From assembly GCA_020184695.1 (NCBI GenBank), contig JAANOX010000242.1, positions 124,001 through 188,000 on the forward strand: DNA of 64,000 bases, in the 5' to 3' direction. This stretch comes from Histomonas meleagridis 2922-C6/04-290x. Taxonomy: Eukaryota > Protista > Parabasalia. Positions 12,235 to 24,052 of the stretch are shown here, in pieces (the stretch's first letter is position 1; every line of letters starts with the position of its first letter). The notes below the pieces were generated by a model. That model ran no database searches, was not told the origin of the DNA, and worked only from the letters and a program-made list of their open reading frames with translations. Both the position numbers and the translations under genes were made by a program.

Positions 12235-14616
12235 ATGTCTGTGGTCTCTGCTGGGGCTCCAGGAGGATCAAGACTTGGCAGAGAAGGTGACCCAAGCATA
12301 CCACTTCCAATTGATATTGAAACAAATGGAATTATTTGCATTGGTGTAGGTTGGAAACATAATATTGTTGTATATGAAGATGGACATGCAATAGGATGGG
12401 GGAGTAATGAAGATGATCAACTAGGCATTTCATGTCGAGAAACGCTTACACCCAAACCTTTACGAGTTTTTGAAAATTATCATTTAACATGGGTACATTG
12501 CGGGGATAAAATTACTGTTGTACTAACCGAACCAGGTGATGCATATGTTATAGGTTCCACTTATGGTCGTACTCCAGTTCATTTAAACATCCCCACAGCA
12601 GTAATTTATTGTACTTGTGGAGTTGGCACAGTTTATGTAATAGATGTTAATGGCGATATTTATTCATGTTCAAGTTCCACAGGGAACTGTATTTTATATC
12701 ATCTTCCCGAACCCGTTTGTGATATTGCTGCCGGTAGTGCATTTTGTATTGCATTAACAATATCTGGGAAAGCATATGCACGTGGACGTGATGCTGCCTG
12801 TGGATGTTCTAACGCACGTACTACAGATGGATTTATCCCAATCACATCCCTTTCAGGAATTACAATCTCACGAGTATTTTCATATTGCTCACACTCCATA
12901 GTATTAACCCGAGACGGCCGTATCTTTGTTTGCGGCTCCAACAATGACGGCCGAATCGGACTTAACACTCAACAACAGCAAACTTCATTTCAGCAACTTC
13001 ACTTTTTTGATGGGATGAACGTTAACGAAATTGACTGCGGTGATGCGCACAGTGTTTTCATCACCGAAAGCGGCGAAATCTATGGCTGTGGCGCGAGTGA
13101 TGATGGCCGAACATTTGCAGGGAAACAGAAATCGTTTCCGACACCCACAAAATCGAACATAAATGGAAAAGCAGTTTTTGTTCGTTGTGGTTGTTTTCAT
13201 ACTGTTGTGTTATTAAATGTTCGGAGGCCTATTCATCCAGGGCTTTTATACTTCGGGATGTTAATAGGTAATATTCGGAAGCCGAAACTGATTAAAATTA
13301 CATCGAGTTTAATCATTGATGTAGCTATAGGTTCGATTTCTTCAATGGGTTTTCTCCCCGGTGATGTTGTCTTTAATGGTAATGACGTTGGAGTTGTTGT
13401 GGGTATAAAAGGAGATAAAATATGTTTAAGAATTAATGAGAATTTGGCTCTGTATAAAAAGAATTCGTTGACGTTCATGTCTAGAAATAATTGCGTGAAA
13501 AAGGAAGAAATGGCGAATTCTGGTACAAAAATGATACTCGACGCTAACCCAAAGATTTGTTTGGCATTTGGCATTCATCCGGATGATGTTGTTTTCCATT
13601 CAAAACTTTTGAGAGGAACCGTCGGCGGTTATGCCAATGGGACCGTTTGGTTTAAATTTGACAGTCTTAACGGTCGAATATGTAGGTGCAAAGGTAATTC
13701 TCTGCAAGAAATACATTCGGCTATCAAAATTATAGAATCAAAGAGAACTATAAATTATGTTAAATGTGATGATGAAGTGGAATATCCAATTGAGCCACTT
13801 GATCATTTTAATATTTGTACAGACCAAATTTTTGGAATTGTTATTGGACAAATCGGTAATATGTATTGCGTATCTGATTTGTTTTCTGGTAATTACTCAT
13901 TAATTCCAAAAAAGAAAACTCACAAAATCCAAGAATTTAATTTGTTTAAACAATTTGATGTTGTTCAAACACCAAACGGATGCGGAGCTATCATTGCTTG
14001 TAATGACCAAAACGTTCTTATGTTGACAGATGAAAATCTTTTAAATAATCATCCACCGACAATTGAACACGATCTTAAACTAATTTATCGTGCCTTTGGC
14101 GATGGCTATGTTGAATATAATGGCCAACAAATCTTTGTTGGAATTTCAAGATTTGATCCATCTGGACCAATTCCGGGAGATATTTATTCCACGAAAATTG
14201 GCTTTGTTCGAATTTTAGGATCTTTAAATGAGAAAATTATGTGCTGTACGAACCTTGAGATATCTAATTTCGATGTTGAACTTATTGAGTTTGAAAGCTT
14301 AACTTCCGAATGTTTTGTTCGTGTTAGCCGCAGAATGTTGCAATGTAAGCAAAAATATTCATTAGCAACAGGCGGAAGCGTTGAGGTATCAATTGACATT
14401 GGAAGTTTTGCGAGAATGAAATTTTGTGCTTGTGATGAATTCGAACTTTGTGGCGTTAAATATATTGTGTTCGGATGTAAAGATGAATATTTATGGGTTT
14501 TGAAGGAAAACTGTAAAGGATTAATGTTTATAGAGGGAGAATGTGACGCATTCCCTATGTGCGAGGCTAAATTGGTGTCAAGGCCAACGAAACATTACGA
14601 AAAGTTCTTTAAATAA
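12235..14616 (+). CDS. RCC1-repeat protein with repetitive beta-rich C-terminal modules
   Basis: GWGSNEDDQLG, VCGSNNDGRIG, IDCGDAHSVF, VRCGCFHTVV RCC1 signatures. Confidence 0.85.
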   Translation: MSVVSAGAPGGSRLGREGDPSIPLPIDIETNGIICIGVGWKHNIVVYEDGHAIGWGSNEDDQLGISCRETLTPKPLRVFENYHLTWVHCGDKITVVLTEPGDAYVIGSTYGRTPVHLNIPTAVIYCTCGVGTVYVIDVNGDIYSCSSSTGNCILYHLPEPVCDIAAGSAFCIALTISGKAYARGRDAACGCSNARTTDGFIPITSLSGITISRVFSYCSHSIVLTRDGRIFVCGSNNDGRIGLNTQQQQTSFQQLHFFDGMNVNEIDCGDAHSVFITESGEIYGCGASDDGRTFAGKQKSFPTPTKSNINGKAVFVRCGCFHTVVLLNVRRPIHPGLLYFGMLIGNIRKPKLIKITSSLIIDVAIGSISSMGFLPGDVVFNGNDVGVVVGIKGDKICLRINENLALYKKNSLTFMSRNNCVKKEEMANSGTKMILDANPKICLAFGIHPDDVVFHSKLLRGTVGGYANGTVWFKFDSLNGRICRCKGNSLQEIHSAIKIIESKRTINYVKCDDEVEYPIEPLDHFNICTDQIFGIVIGQIGNMYCVSDLFSGNYSLIPKKKTHKIQEFNLFKQFDVVQTPNGCGAIIACNDQNVLMLTDENLLNNHPPTIEHDLKLIYRAFGDGYVEYNGQQIFVGISRFDPSGPIPGDIYSTKIGFVRILGSLNEKIMCCTNLEISNFDVELIEFESLTSECFVRVSRRMLQCKQKYSLATGGSVEVSIDIGSFARMKFCACDEFELCGVKYIVFGCKDEYLWVLKENCKGLMFIEGECDAFPMCEAKLVSRPTKHYEKFFK

Positions 14617-14759
14617 ATGTTTGTATTCATAAAAATATATCATGCGAAAAAATATAAGAAATTGTGCTCTTCAAAATATGTTTCAAGTGCATAAATTTTT
14701 GGGTTTTGTGATTAAGGAGGCATTTTAGAAAAATATATCAAAAATGGATATGACTTTAT

Positions 14760-15487
14760 TGCTGGTCACGATTCAATCACATTAGAATTCCTTGAAGATG
14801 GTGAACCAATAGGCTTAACAAATGTATTCATTTTAATGGAGAAACTTCACCAGAAATCCAAAATGATGCATTTGTTAATATAAAAGCGACAAGAGTTATG
14901 ACGATAGAAACATATCAAAATGAAACATTTGGAAATATGGAAATTTCTAAGGGAACAACACTTGACGAATGTCTCCCGCCAACACTCACATTCACTAATT
15001 CCTATACATTTACTGAATCGGATTCACTAACTGCATCAGTTGCTTATTCATCTGATGTAACTTTATCTTTAACACATTAGTTCACTTTAACTCATTCATT
15101 ATCTGTTATATATCGACAAATGTCATTTATTACGATTACACTGTTATATATTATTCGTCTTATTACAGTTATTATTCTGACTTTTATACATTAGTTGTCA
15201 CTGATGTTACACCAAAAGATAATTCGATATCAAATGAATTGTTAATTGGTATTATATGCGGCGCTATTGTGATAGTTTTGATAATTGTCGGAATCGTAAT
15301 ATTTATGATTAAATATCAAAATAAGAAGCGAAAACAAAATGAAGAAGAAATGAATATTTCAGATGAAAATAATAATAAAATTAATGAAATAGATAATACA
15401 TTTTCGGTTGGGATTAATAATTCAAATATTGAAGAAGATCCATTTGCAGACGATTTCAAAGAAGAAAAATTTATCAGTCAGATATAA
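14760..15487 (+). pseudogene. 3' remnant of a BspA-like surface protein (end of LRR region, S/T stalk, TM, acidic tail)
   Basis: NGETSPEIQNDAF...YQNETFGNMEISKG, stalk TFTNSYTFTES with TAG, TM LIGIICGAIVIVLIIVGIVIF, tail EEDPFADDFKEEKF; frameshifts. Confidence 0.55.
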
Positions 15488-16294
15488 ATAAAATATTTTA
15501 AGAACAAAATATTTTAATTTGTTTATTAATTTAATAAATACGAACATTTTTGTTATTTAGCAAATTTTATGTTTCTTCTATTATAGTAAATCCAATTTAT
15601 CCAAATCATAAACAGTAAAAGTAAATGATAAATTATATTAAAGAAAAAATTGGAAATTTAGAGATATTATGGTAAAAATACACTATTTTTTTAAAAATCA
15701 AAAGAAAGATATTCCAATTTCAAATAAGTGTTCGTCTTTAGTAGTTCTGCTTTTTTTAGTATAGACCATGGTCAGCTGGATGTATGAAAGCTTACAATTT
15801 TAATTGAAAAATGAAAGAAGAAAGTTGTATGCATCCACCACCACTTCAAAAATTTGTTTTAACTATAATTGTTCACACCATTTTATTATACCTTTTTCCT
15901 TATACATATCCACACATTGTCATAGCATCCTTTTGTCGGAATGAATTGACATAATTTATTTTCAGACAAAAAATTGATGTAATTAATGGCTAACTAAATT
16001 TGTTTGAATTATGTATACATGTATATGTATGCAAAAAAAGTCGAATGATTTTACAACAATGATTTTGTTGTAAGGGGGAAATGTAATTGAAATTTCTCTT
16101 TATTTCACTTTAAACAATTTCTTTTTATTTCAAATTATGTAACCAAACAACTTCAAAGCTCATTAAAATATGTTACGTGTTTTAAAAATTCTTTAACTTT
16201 TTATATTTGTTTATTCAATAAGTTTTTTAGAATGATATCAATTCTTTACCAAAATGGAAAGAATTCCATTTGATCATTTGCTTTATCTGTTATA

Positions 16295-19200
16295 TCATCT
16301 TGGATTCTTTCTTTTTTACGAAACATTTCAATTATTTCGGTATAATCATTTTCTTTTGCGAACATGTATGCTGTAAAAAATACTTTATATAATTTTCAAA
16401 GATGATATTAAATTAAAAAAAATTTGAATAAACATTAAGCTTTATTAACAACCATCTTTAGCATTTATATCAATTCCTTCTTGTTCAAGTAATATCTTTA
16501 CTATTTCTATGTGACCATTTTCAGAAGCAAACATAAGAGCGGTTTTAAATATATATAATATTTTCCAAATATTTTTTTGATATATGAAATTGTTAAAACA
16601 AATATTAAAATAAATACATAATCATTTTTGGTATTTATATCAACACCTTTTTGTGGAAGAAGTAATTTAACTATTTCAGTATGTCCACTTTGAGATGCTA
16701 ATATAAGAGGTGTATTAAATAACAAAAATAATTTCCATAAAAAAATTTAAAACATCAAATTATTTGTGAGAATGTTTTATAAAATTAATAAATACTTTGA
16801 GTATTAATATCAATTTCTTCTTGTTTAAATAATATTTTGATTATTTTCTTGAAACCATTATTATAATTTGCATACATAAATGCGTTCCAAAGTAATTTGA
16901 ATTAGTTCCAAATATTATTTTAAATTATCAAATAAATGAAATGTTTATTTTCTATATTGAATAAATATTTTTAATATTGATATCAATTCCTTTTTGCTCG
17001 ATTAGTAATTTAAATAATTCGATATTTCCTCTTTGAGAGGCTGTAATAAGTGCTGTATTAAATATTTTAAATATTTTCCAAATATTATTTTGAAATATAA
17101 AATTATCTAAATAAATATTAAATAAAATAAATAAATACTTTTAGCATTAATATCAATTCCTTCTTGTTCAAGAAGTAATTTAACGATTTCTATATAGAGT
17201 AGCGGGAAAAACCACTTTAAATCAGGAAAAAACCCTTTAAATCGAATAACTATATTTAGCATCAAGACTAGCAAACAGCTATCCTTTCTAGCTTATTGCT
17301 TGCTACAAACAATATTTTTGATTTTTTAGAATAAAGATAATGAATTGATTGTATGCAATTAATAAAATACTCAATAGTAATTGTCTAAATTGATCTTTTT
17401 TGTTCCTTAGTAAAACAGGGAACCTAGATGGGTCCCTCGGGTAACCGATAGCGGAGGCTAGTGCACTAAAAAGCAGGTTTCTCAATTTTTCCTTATTTTT
17501 TGCAACTTTATCATGATAAGATTGTTTTATTAAACGATTTCCCATCTGATAAAAAAACAGAAAGCTTTAGAATCTGTGATCTTATTCTCTTCTCACAAGA
17601 TTAAAAATTGAATAGACTCATAGGGGATATTCACAATATATTCGTTATGACGATGCATGCTTTTTATTACTTTTTGCTAAATTTACTCCAGTTTTTCATA
17701 GAGGGACCCTAAAGGGGTTTTTCCCGGCTTAGAGGTATTTTTCCCGGTACTCTAACCTTCTTCATTAGCTCTAACAAGTGCTGTTTTAAATAATTTGAAT
17801 AATTTCCAAATATTATATTGAAATATCATTTTATCTAAATAAATATCAAATAAAACAAATAAATATCTTTAGCATTAATATCAATTCCTTCTTGTTCAAG
17901 AAGTAATTCAACTATTTCTGTATAACCATTATAAGATGCATTCATAAGTGCTGTTCTAAATAATTAAAATAATTTCCAAATATTGTTTTGAAATCATAAA
18001 TTATTAAAATAAAATCCAAATAAAATAAATAAATATCTTTAGCATTAATATCAATTCCTTCTTGTTCAAGAAGTAATTTGACTATTTCTATATAACCTTC
18101 TTCAGATGCTCTAACAAGTGCTGTTTTAAATAATTTGAATAATTTCCAAATATTATATTGAAATATCATTTTATCTAAATAAATATCATATAAAATAAAT
18201 AAATATCTTTAGCATTAATATCAATTCCTTCTTGTTCAAGAAGTAATTTAACGTTTTCTATATGACCATTTTCACATGCATACATAAGTGCTGTATTAAA
18301 TATTTTAAATATTTTCCAAATATTATTTTGAAATATAAAATTATTAAAATAAATATTAAATAAAATAAATAAATACTTTTAGCATTAATATCAATTCCTT
18401 CTTGTATTAAAATATATTTAACAAGTTCAATATTTCCTGACTCTAATGAAAATACTAAAATATCTTTCGGAATTTGATTACTTTCAAGAAAATGTTTAAT
18501 GAGAAATATGTTTCCAATTTTTGTTGATTCATTAATAATGTTTTCGCAAATTAGCATCCCTTCTTTTTGTAAAAATATAAAAATTTCATAATTATGAGAT
18601 GAAATACACTTCTTTCCAAATTCTTCTAAATTATTAATTTCAGCAATTTCATTCTCATAAAGATATTTAAAAATATCATTTCGATGAAACTTAATTGCTG
18701 TTTCATATGCACCTTCAAATGTTGAATGATTTTGTTCACATAAATGAATAATTTCTTTATTTCCACCTGCAACTGCATATTTACCTGTATTTTTTATATC
18801 CGAACCATTCATAAGTAAATATTTAAAACATTTAATTGATCCGAAAAATGCTGCATAATCAATTAATGTAACATTTCTTTGATTAACAAATGAATATCTT
18901 TCATATATTGATGATTCAATTGCTTGATTAAAATCAAAATCATTTTGTGATGATACTTCTTGAAGTTTTTCTATTTCATCTTTTCGAATTATTTTTGCAA
19001 TTTCATTCGGATTTTCTCGCTCTTCAATTAATTTCTTATGAAGTTCCCAATCATTCTTTGAAAGTTCTTCAAAGTTTCCCATATTTCGTTTCAAATATTT
19101 ATTTTTTTCTAGAAATTTTTTGGACATGTAATGTATAAAATATGATTCTTTTCTCATCTGTTTAACTATGTTTGATTCGCATAAATTTTCTTGAATCATT

Positions 19201-19514
19201 CTCTCAAGAAAATAATTTGATTCTTGAGAATATATATTTAAAATCATTTGTAAAAAAACTTTATGTATTTTTCTTTGAATCTGTTTGTTATCTTCAAATT
19301 TTTTTATTTCTTTAATGAAATTCATATAGACTTCTAAATCATTCATACCTGCTACAAATGATGAATAAATTATTTGACTAATAAGTAAGTTAAATGAATA
19401 CTGATAATTATTATCAAGTATATCAAACACTGAAATAGCTGCTTGAACAACATTTTCTTTATTTAAGGAAAATATTTTTTGTTGAATAAACTGAATTGTT
19501 TCCCAATTGTTCAT
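16295..19514 (-). CDS. Locus C: DUF3447 + ankyrin-repeat gene with 9 hairpin inserts, one block split by a MITE
   Basis: N-terminal ORF reaches ...EGIDINAKS at 18375. Blocks start at 18294, 18124, 17954, 17784, 17056, 16886, 16713, 16543, 16374; inserts are 8 x 80 nt and 1 x 79 nt; terminal TGA 16295-16297. Confidence 0.75.
17197..17752. mobile_element. 556-bp non-autonomous TIR element (MITE), TA target duplication
   Basis: TA at 17195-96 and 17753-54. Imperfect ~43-bp TIRs GAGTAGCGGGAAAAACCACTTTAA.../...TTAGAGGTATTTTTCCCGGTACTC. Removing it restores GGT TAT ATA GAA ATC and the 170-bp period. Confidence 0.92.
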
Positions 19515-19653
19515 TTTGTTTTATAGTACCGGACAAGCAAACCTAGTGAAAATCTTTTCGCCCTTATCGGCACAGAAAGTTATATTTTAACGGCCCCGAT
19601 AAACTTATAAGGGGGTTTATGAACATTTAAAATTTGTAAACGTATATAAAATA

Positions 19654-21088
19654 AACTCATCTCCAAAAATCCGTAACCTCTTTCTACTTTTGAAAGTAAT
19701 TCGATGGTTTATCCTTACGGATTTTTGGTTAACTTACAATAATCAAAAAGTAGAAAAAATTTATTGAATTACAAAATTTAATGCAAAATGTTTGGGTGCT
19801 GTATTAGTGGCTAATATTTTGCATCGGGTGTTGTATCAGGAACTTGTAACGACTTTCAATCTCTGGGGGCGTCCGATTGACGAAAAATTTCGATATTTTG
19901 ATAAAATCGTCTCCAAATTGTGAATGATATATCATTATCATATGGTTATCAAAAAACGTCCAAGGGTTATCTGCACTCAAATATGTTTGGTATTTTCTGA
20001 TATTAGTATCGATTGGTAATTTATGACTGGCAACTAGAAATTGTATTGTTTTCCCATTATTGTCTAAACATGCAAGGATTCTCGCCCTAAATGAAAGAAC
20101 AAGTTTGTTGATAGTACTCATAATAATGAAATCCCAGCATTGAACAAGATATTGTATAACTTCATCTATATTTTTTGGGTTGTGTGCATTAACGAAATGT
20201 TTTAATATACCCCACAGGTTTTCTATTGGGAACAGATCACAACTATTTGGTGGCCAATTATTTAACCAAACGCACATCGCATTGAGAAAATCTTTCGTAT
20301 AATAATAGGTATGAGATGGTGCTCCATCTTGTTGCCATATCCATTGACGTTGGCCAAAAATGTGATCAAGTGTGGTAAATACTGAATGAGTTTATAAAAT
20401 TTCAACATACTTTTTTGAATTTTCGGTTCCATATATATAAATTAAATCGCTTTTATAATTGACCTCAATAGCTGCAAATGCCATAACTCCTTTTGGAAAT
20501 TTTTCTTTTAATGCTATAATCTGATCTGAGGTTTCACCGTTTTTCCGCCAAACCCATTTCCCGTCTGACCTTAAACAAAACCGCGATTCGTCGGAATAAA
20601 TCATTTTGTCGTATCGAAAATTAAGGTCATTTAGTATATCTGTTGAAAAATTTATGCGTTTTGATATTTGTTGTTCACTTAAATTTTGACACACTTTACA
20701 AGGTTTCCAGTTATACTTAAGTTTGTGCCTTGCTCTATTCATCGAAGTTGGAGATAAAGGTAAAATCAATGATAATGATCTATCACTAATCGTCGGATCA
20801 GCAGACGTAAAAGCATCAACTTGTTGCATCATTGAATCTGTAAGCTTTGTTGGCCTTCCTCTTTGTGCTGGAGAAAAACATTTTTTATTTTGTTTATAGT
20901 AATTTGAAGTTTTATTAATTCTTTCATTACTACAATGACAAACATGTGAAATAAATTTGATTGTGTTCCCTTTGTTTTTAATATTTAAAATGTTCCATTC
21001 TTTGGATTTCGATGGGTCATATCCTTCGTATTCCATCTAAATGACTTTTGAATTGCTATTTGGTCTTACGGATTTTCGGTAATAAGTT
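19654..21088 (-). mobile_element. Tc1-like DNA transposon (degenerate)
   Basis: Contains a DD34E transposase. Candidate 23-bp TIRs AACTCATCTCCAAAAATCCGTAA (19654-76) and the reverse complement of 21066-88 (AACTTATTACCGAAAATCCGTAA; 4 mismatches), each flanked by TA. Boundaries tentative. Confidence 0.65.
19804..21036 (-). pseudogene. Tc1 transposase (DD34E) with one premature TAA and a C-terminal Myb-like extension
   Basis: IYSDESRF ... WQQDGAPSH-(34 aa)-PIENLW; the two track ORFs are in the same frame, separated only by TAA at 20392-20394. Confidence 0.88.
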
Positions 21089-21365
21089 TAGATAAATTTA
21101 TGTATCCAATTTTATAATAGACTACAAAAATTGAAAATTTAAATTTCACCATTTTGTTAGCAGATAAAAAGTGACAGAAATTTGATTGTAAATATGAAAA
21201 AATATTGAAATCTAATTCCATTTTTTTTTCCTGGGACAGAAAATATGTAAAAATTTATATTTATTTTCATTTTTAGTTGTCGTTCCACAATGAGAAAACA
21301 CAAAATATTTCATTACATTAAAATGTTAATTTATTATTATTATACGTTTTATATTTTTTTTTTTT

Positions 21366-21881
21366 TCATTTTCTCTTTATTGCTTCCATTATTTTTATGT
21401 AAAATGGCCATATTAAACCTAATGCAAGGGATCCCAATGTTACCAACGTCTGCAACACAGCCACGATATGACTCGAAGTGAATTTTGCGATTTTTTGATC
21501 AATTCGACTTGTGTATTCGACTGCATCTCTGTTTGAATTATACCATTTTTCCTTAATACAATCTATTGTACCATTAACATCTTTAATGACAATTGTCATA
21601 GAAATCATTTTCGTCGATAATTTCTTCAATTTGTTGACAAAAACATACAATTGTTTTAACGAAATTTTGTATTTCATTTAATTCATTTCCAATTTTTATA
21701 TGTTCTTCATAACTATCAATAAGTCCTTCGATGTCATCAATGTTTGGATTAATGTTTTGTGTCTCGAAAAACGAATAAACATTTTCATAATCAAATGTCG
21801 AACATTCATAAGCCGTATATAATAAGATAATTCTGCTATATTATCTGGATTATCAAATTCTGATGAAATAATTTGAAACAA
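21366..21881 (-). pseudogene. Fragmented hypothetical gene
   Basis: Two adjacent protein-like ORF pieces (21696-21881, 21366-21677); no recognisable family. Confidence 0.25.
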
Positions 21882-22483
21882 AAATATGATTTAAAATTAT
21901 TAATATGTATACATCATTGGGGTGTGGCAATTCAGTAAATAATTATTTTAAATTAATGTGTAATTTAAGTACTCTGCCGTGAAAAACCTGTAGATGACAA
22001 CAAATTAATTTAATGATGGAAGAAATGGCACCTTTGCACGAGGAAAAGTCAAAGGAAATTGATGAAGAGGAAGAAAATGCTGAGCTTTGATTAAAGCAAA
22101 AATTTTCTTTTTTCCAAAGAATCACTTAAATAAACACTAAATACTGACTCTTTGTAATGAGTTTTAATTAGAGATAAATTATACAATCTGAAATTTTAAC
22201 ATATGTTCAGTCCCGAAAATATTGCGAAATTTACAAAATTAAATCGAAAAAAAATTATTAAATATATATTACTAAATATGTTCTCTATGAATAATGCTAC
22301 AGTGTAGACGTGGGTTATAATAAGGTGTTAGTCTATATGTTTTTCATTGCAGTCTATATTTATAATGTATTAATACTTTATCTAAAGAAATTGTTTTATA
22401 CTTCAAACACATAACAAAAATGAATAATATTATTATATAATAACGTCAAAAAAAATAATAAAATTTGAAGAAATTATTATTTA

Positions 22484-23362
22484 TTAAAAAGTAACAGAAT
22501 TATCTAAAAATGAATCAGTTTCATTTTCGGGAAAACAAAATCCATTAATTTCGGTATTATTAAACAAAAACAAGAAATCGCCCAAAAAAACAGTGGTGTT
22601 TGGAACCATTTCGTTTGGAAGTTCTTTGTTCCATAAAACAAATCGATTTGTTTCATCATTAGATGTCGATGCTTTAATAATTTTATTCGGGATTATTTCT
22701 TCCTTTATTATATTATCTTCTTCCATGTCATATAATGTAAATTTACTTTCAGATATAATAATTAATTTATTTTCATTAATTTTGAAATTTAAAACTTTCT
22801 CGCCAACAGAAAAAGTGCAAACTTTTTGTTCGCCTTTGAATATTTGAATAAAACCGTTGACACAACCGACAACGATATAATTTCTTGATGATGAAAGAGC
22901 AGTTATAACACTTGGAATTTTGTAAATTATTTCTGAATCATCTGTAGAAATAGCAAGAGTGAAATCATCACCAGTAGAAACAATAAGGTTTGAATCAATA
23001 CAAGATACAAATTGTGCATTGTTTTTGAAATGGTAAATTTTTTCATCACTTACAATTTTGTATGAAACACCTCTGACTGCTTTGTCGTAGTCAAGAAGAA
23101 TTCTATGAATGGAACCATCTGAACATGAAAGAGCAATCACTCTTGGATTATAATCTGATGTACTAATGTCATTTATTTTCGATCCGATTTTAAAATGTTT
23201 TACAAAATTTAGTGTGCTTTTAATTTGATCAAAATATAATAATGATAAAAAATATCCATTAGATGCCCAGACTTCACCTGATCCCTTTGACGAGAAAACC
23301 TTGTTTATTTGATTACTGAGTTGATTACTTGGAAGGGGATCAAACGGAGAGAGTTCTCCCAT
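22484..23362 (-). CDS. Hypothetical WD40/beta-propeller-like protein
   Basis: 292-aa ORF; INDISTSDYNPRVIALSCSDGSI, ITALSSSRNYIVVGCVNGFIQIF. Confidence 0.65.
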   Translation of the reverse strand: MGELSPFDPLPSNQLSNQINKVFSSKGSGEVWASNGYFLSLLYFDQIKSTLNFVKHFKIGSKINDISTSDYNPRVIALSCSDGSIHRILLDYDKAVRGVSYKIVSDEKIYHFKNNAQFVSCIDSNLIVSTGDDFTLAISTDDSEIIYKIPSVITALSSSRNYIVVGCVNGFIQIFKGEQKVCTFSVGEKVLNFKINENKLIIISESKFTLYDMEEDNIIKEEIIPNKIIKASTSNDETNRFVLWNKELPNEMVPNTTVFLGDFLFLFNNTEINGFCFPENETDSFLDNSVTF

Positions 23363-24052
23363 TTTGACACTTTTATTTTAAACGGCTGTTCTATGGTTGT
23401 AACTGAAAATACCGTTTATTTTATAAACTATAGAATTTTATTTTTAATTTTTCTTGTTCTTCTAAACTAAAGTTTAATATTTTTGAAAAAACTTAAATCG
23501 ATAACGGAAAGGCTTTAATGTAAATATTCCAATTTTACTTGAATTATAAATAGTTTCAACAGTTACAACACCAAATAAATTTTCAATTCCTTCTAAGAAA
23601 ATTAACGTTAATTTTTGTTTGTTTTATCATTTTAATTTTAATATTCTAATTAGATTTAATAATAATCATCCCATTGATATTACATAACAAATCGAATGAT
23701 AAAATTGTGAATTATTTTTAAACAGCATTGATTATTAGGATCTTATCTTTCAATCGAATAAAACAGAATTAATCGAAGAGATATTTTTTTTTTACATAAT
23801 TATAATTGTGTTACATTTTTATTTTGATCACTATTAGAATCAAATAATATCAATAAATTAAGGAAACAAACCAGACACGTAAAGGTGCATCTATCTATGT
23901 ATAAATTTTTACAGTTAAAATATTAATATTATTATTAATGAAATTTCTAAAGCAAAAAAACATTACTTTTTATATTCTTTTATTGAAAATTGATTATATT
24001 AATAATTACTCCATGTCAATGTCAATAAATATAAAAATATTTATCATTATTG

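Noticed and set aside
20392-20394. Alternative genetic code (TAA/TAG = Gln)
   Set aside because: Housekeeping genes here end in TAA, TAG and TGA, and recoding would not fix the frame change caused by the inserts.
22278-22290. TACAGTG, a possible Tc1/mariner end
   Set aside because: No matching CACTGTA partner found in the window.
23650-23720. Possible further ankyrin-insert relic (ttatttttaaacagcattgatt)
   Set aside because: Only ~20 nt of similarity in very AT-rich DNA, with no hairpin or period.
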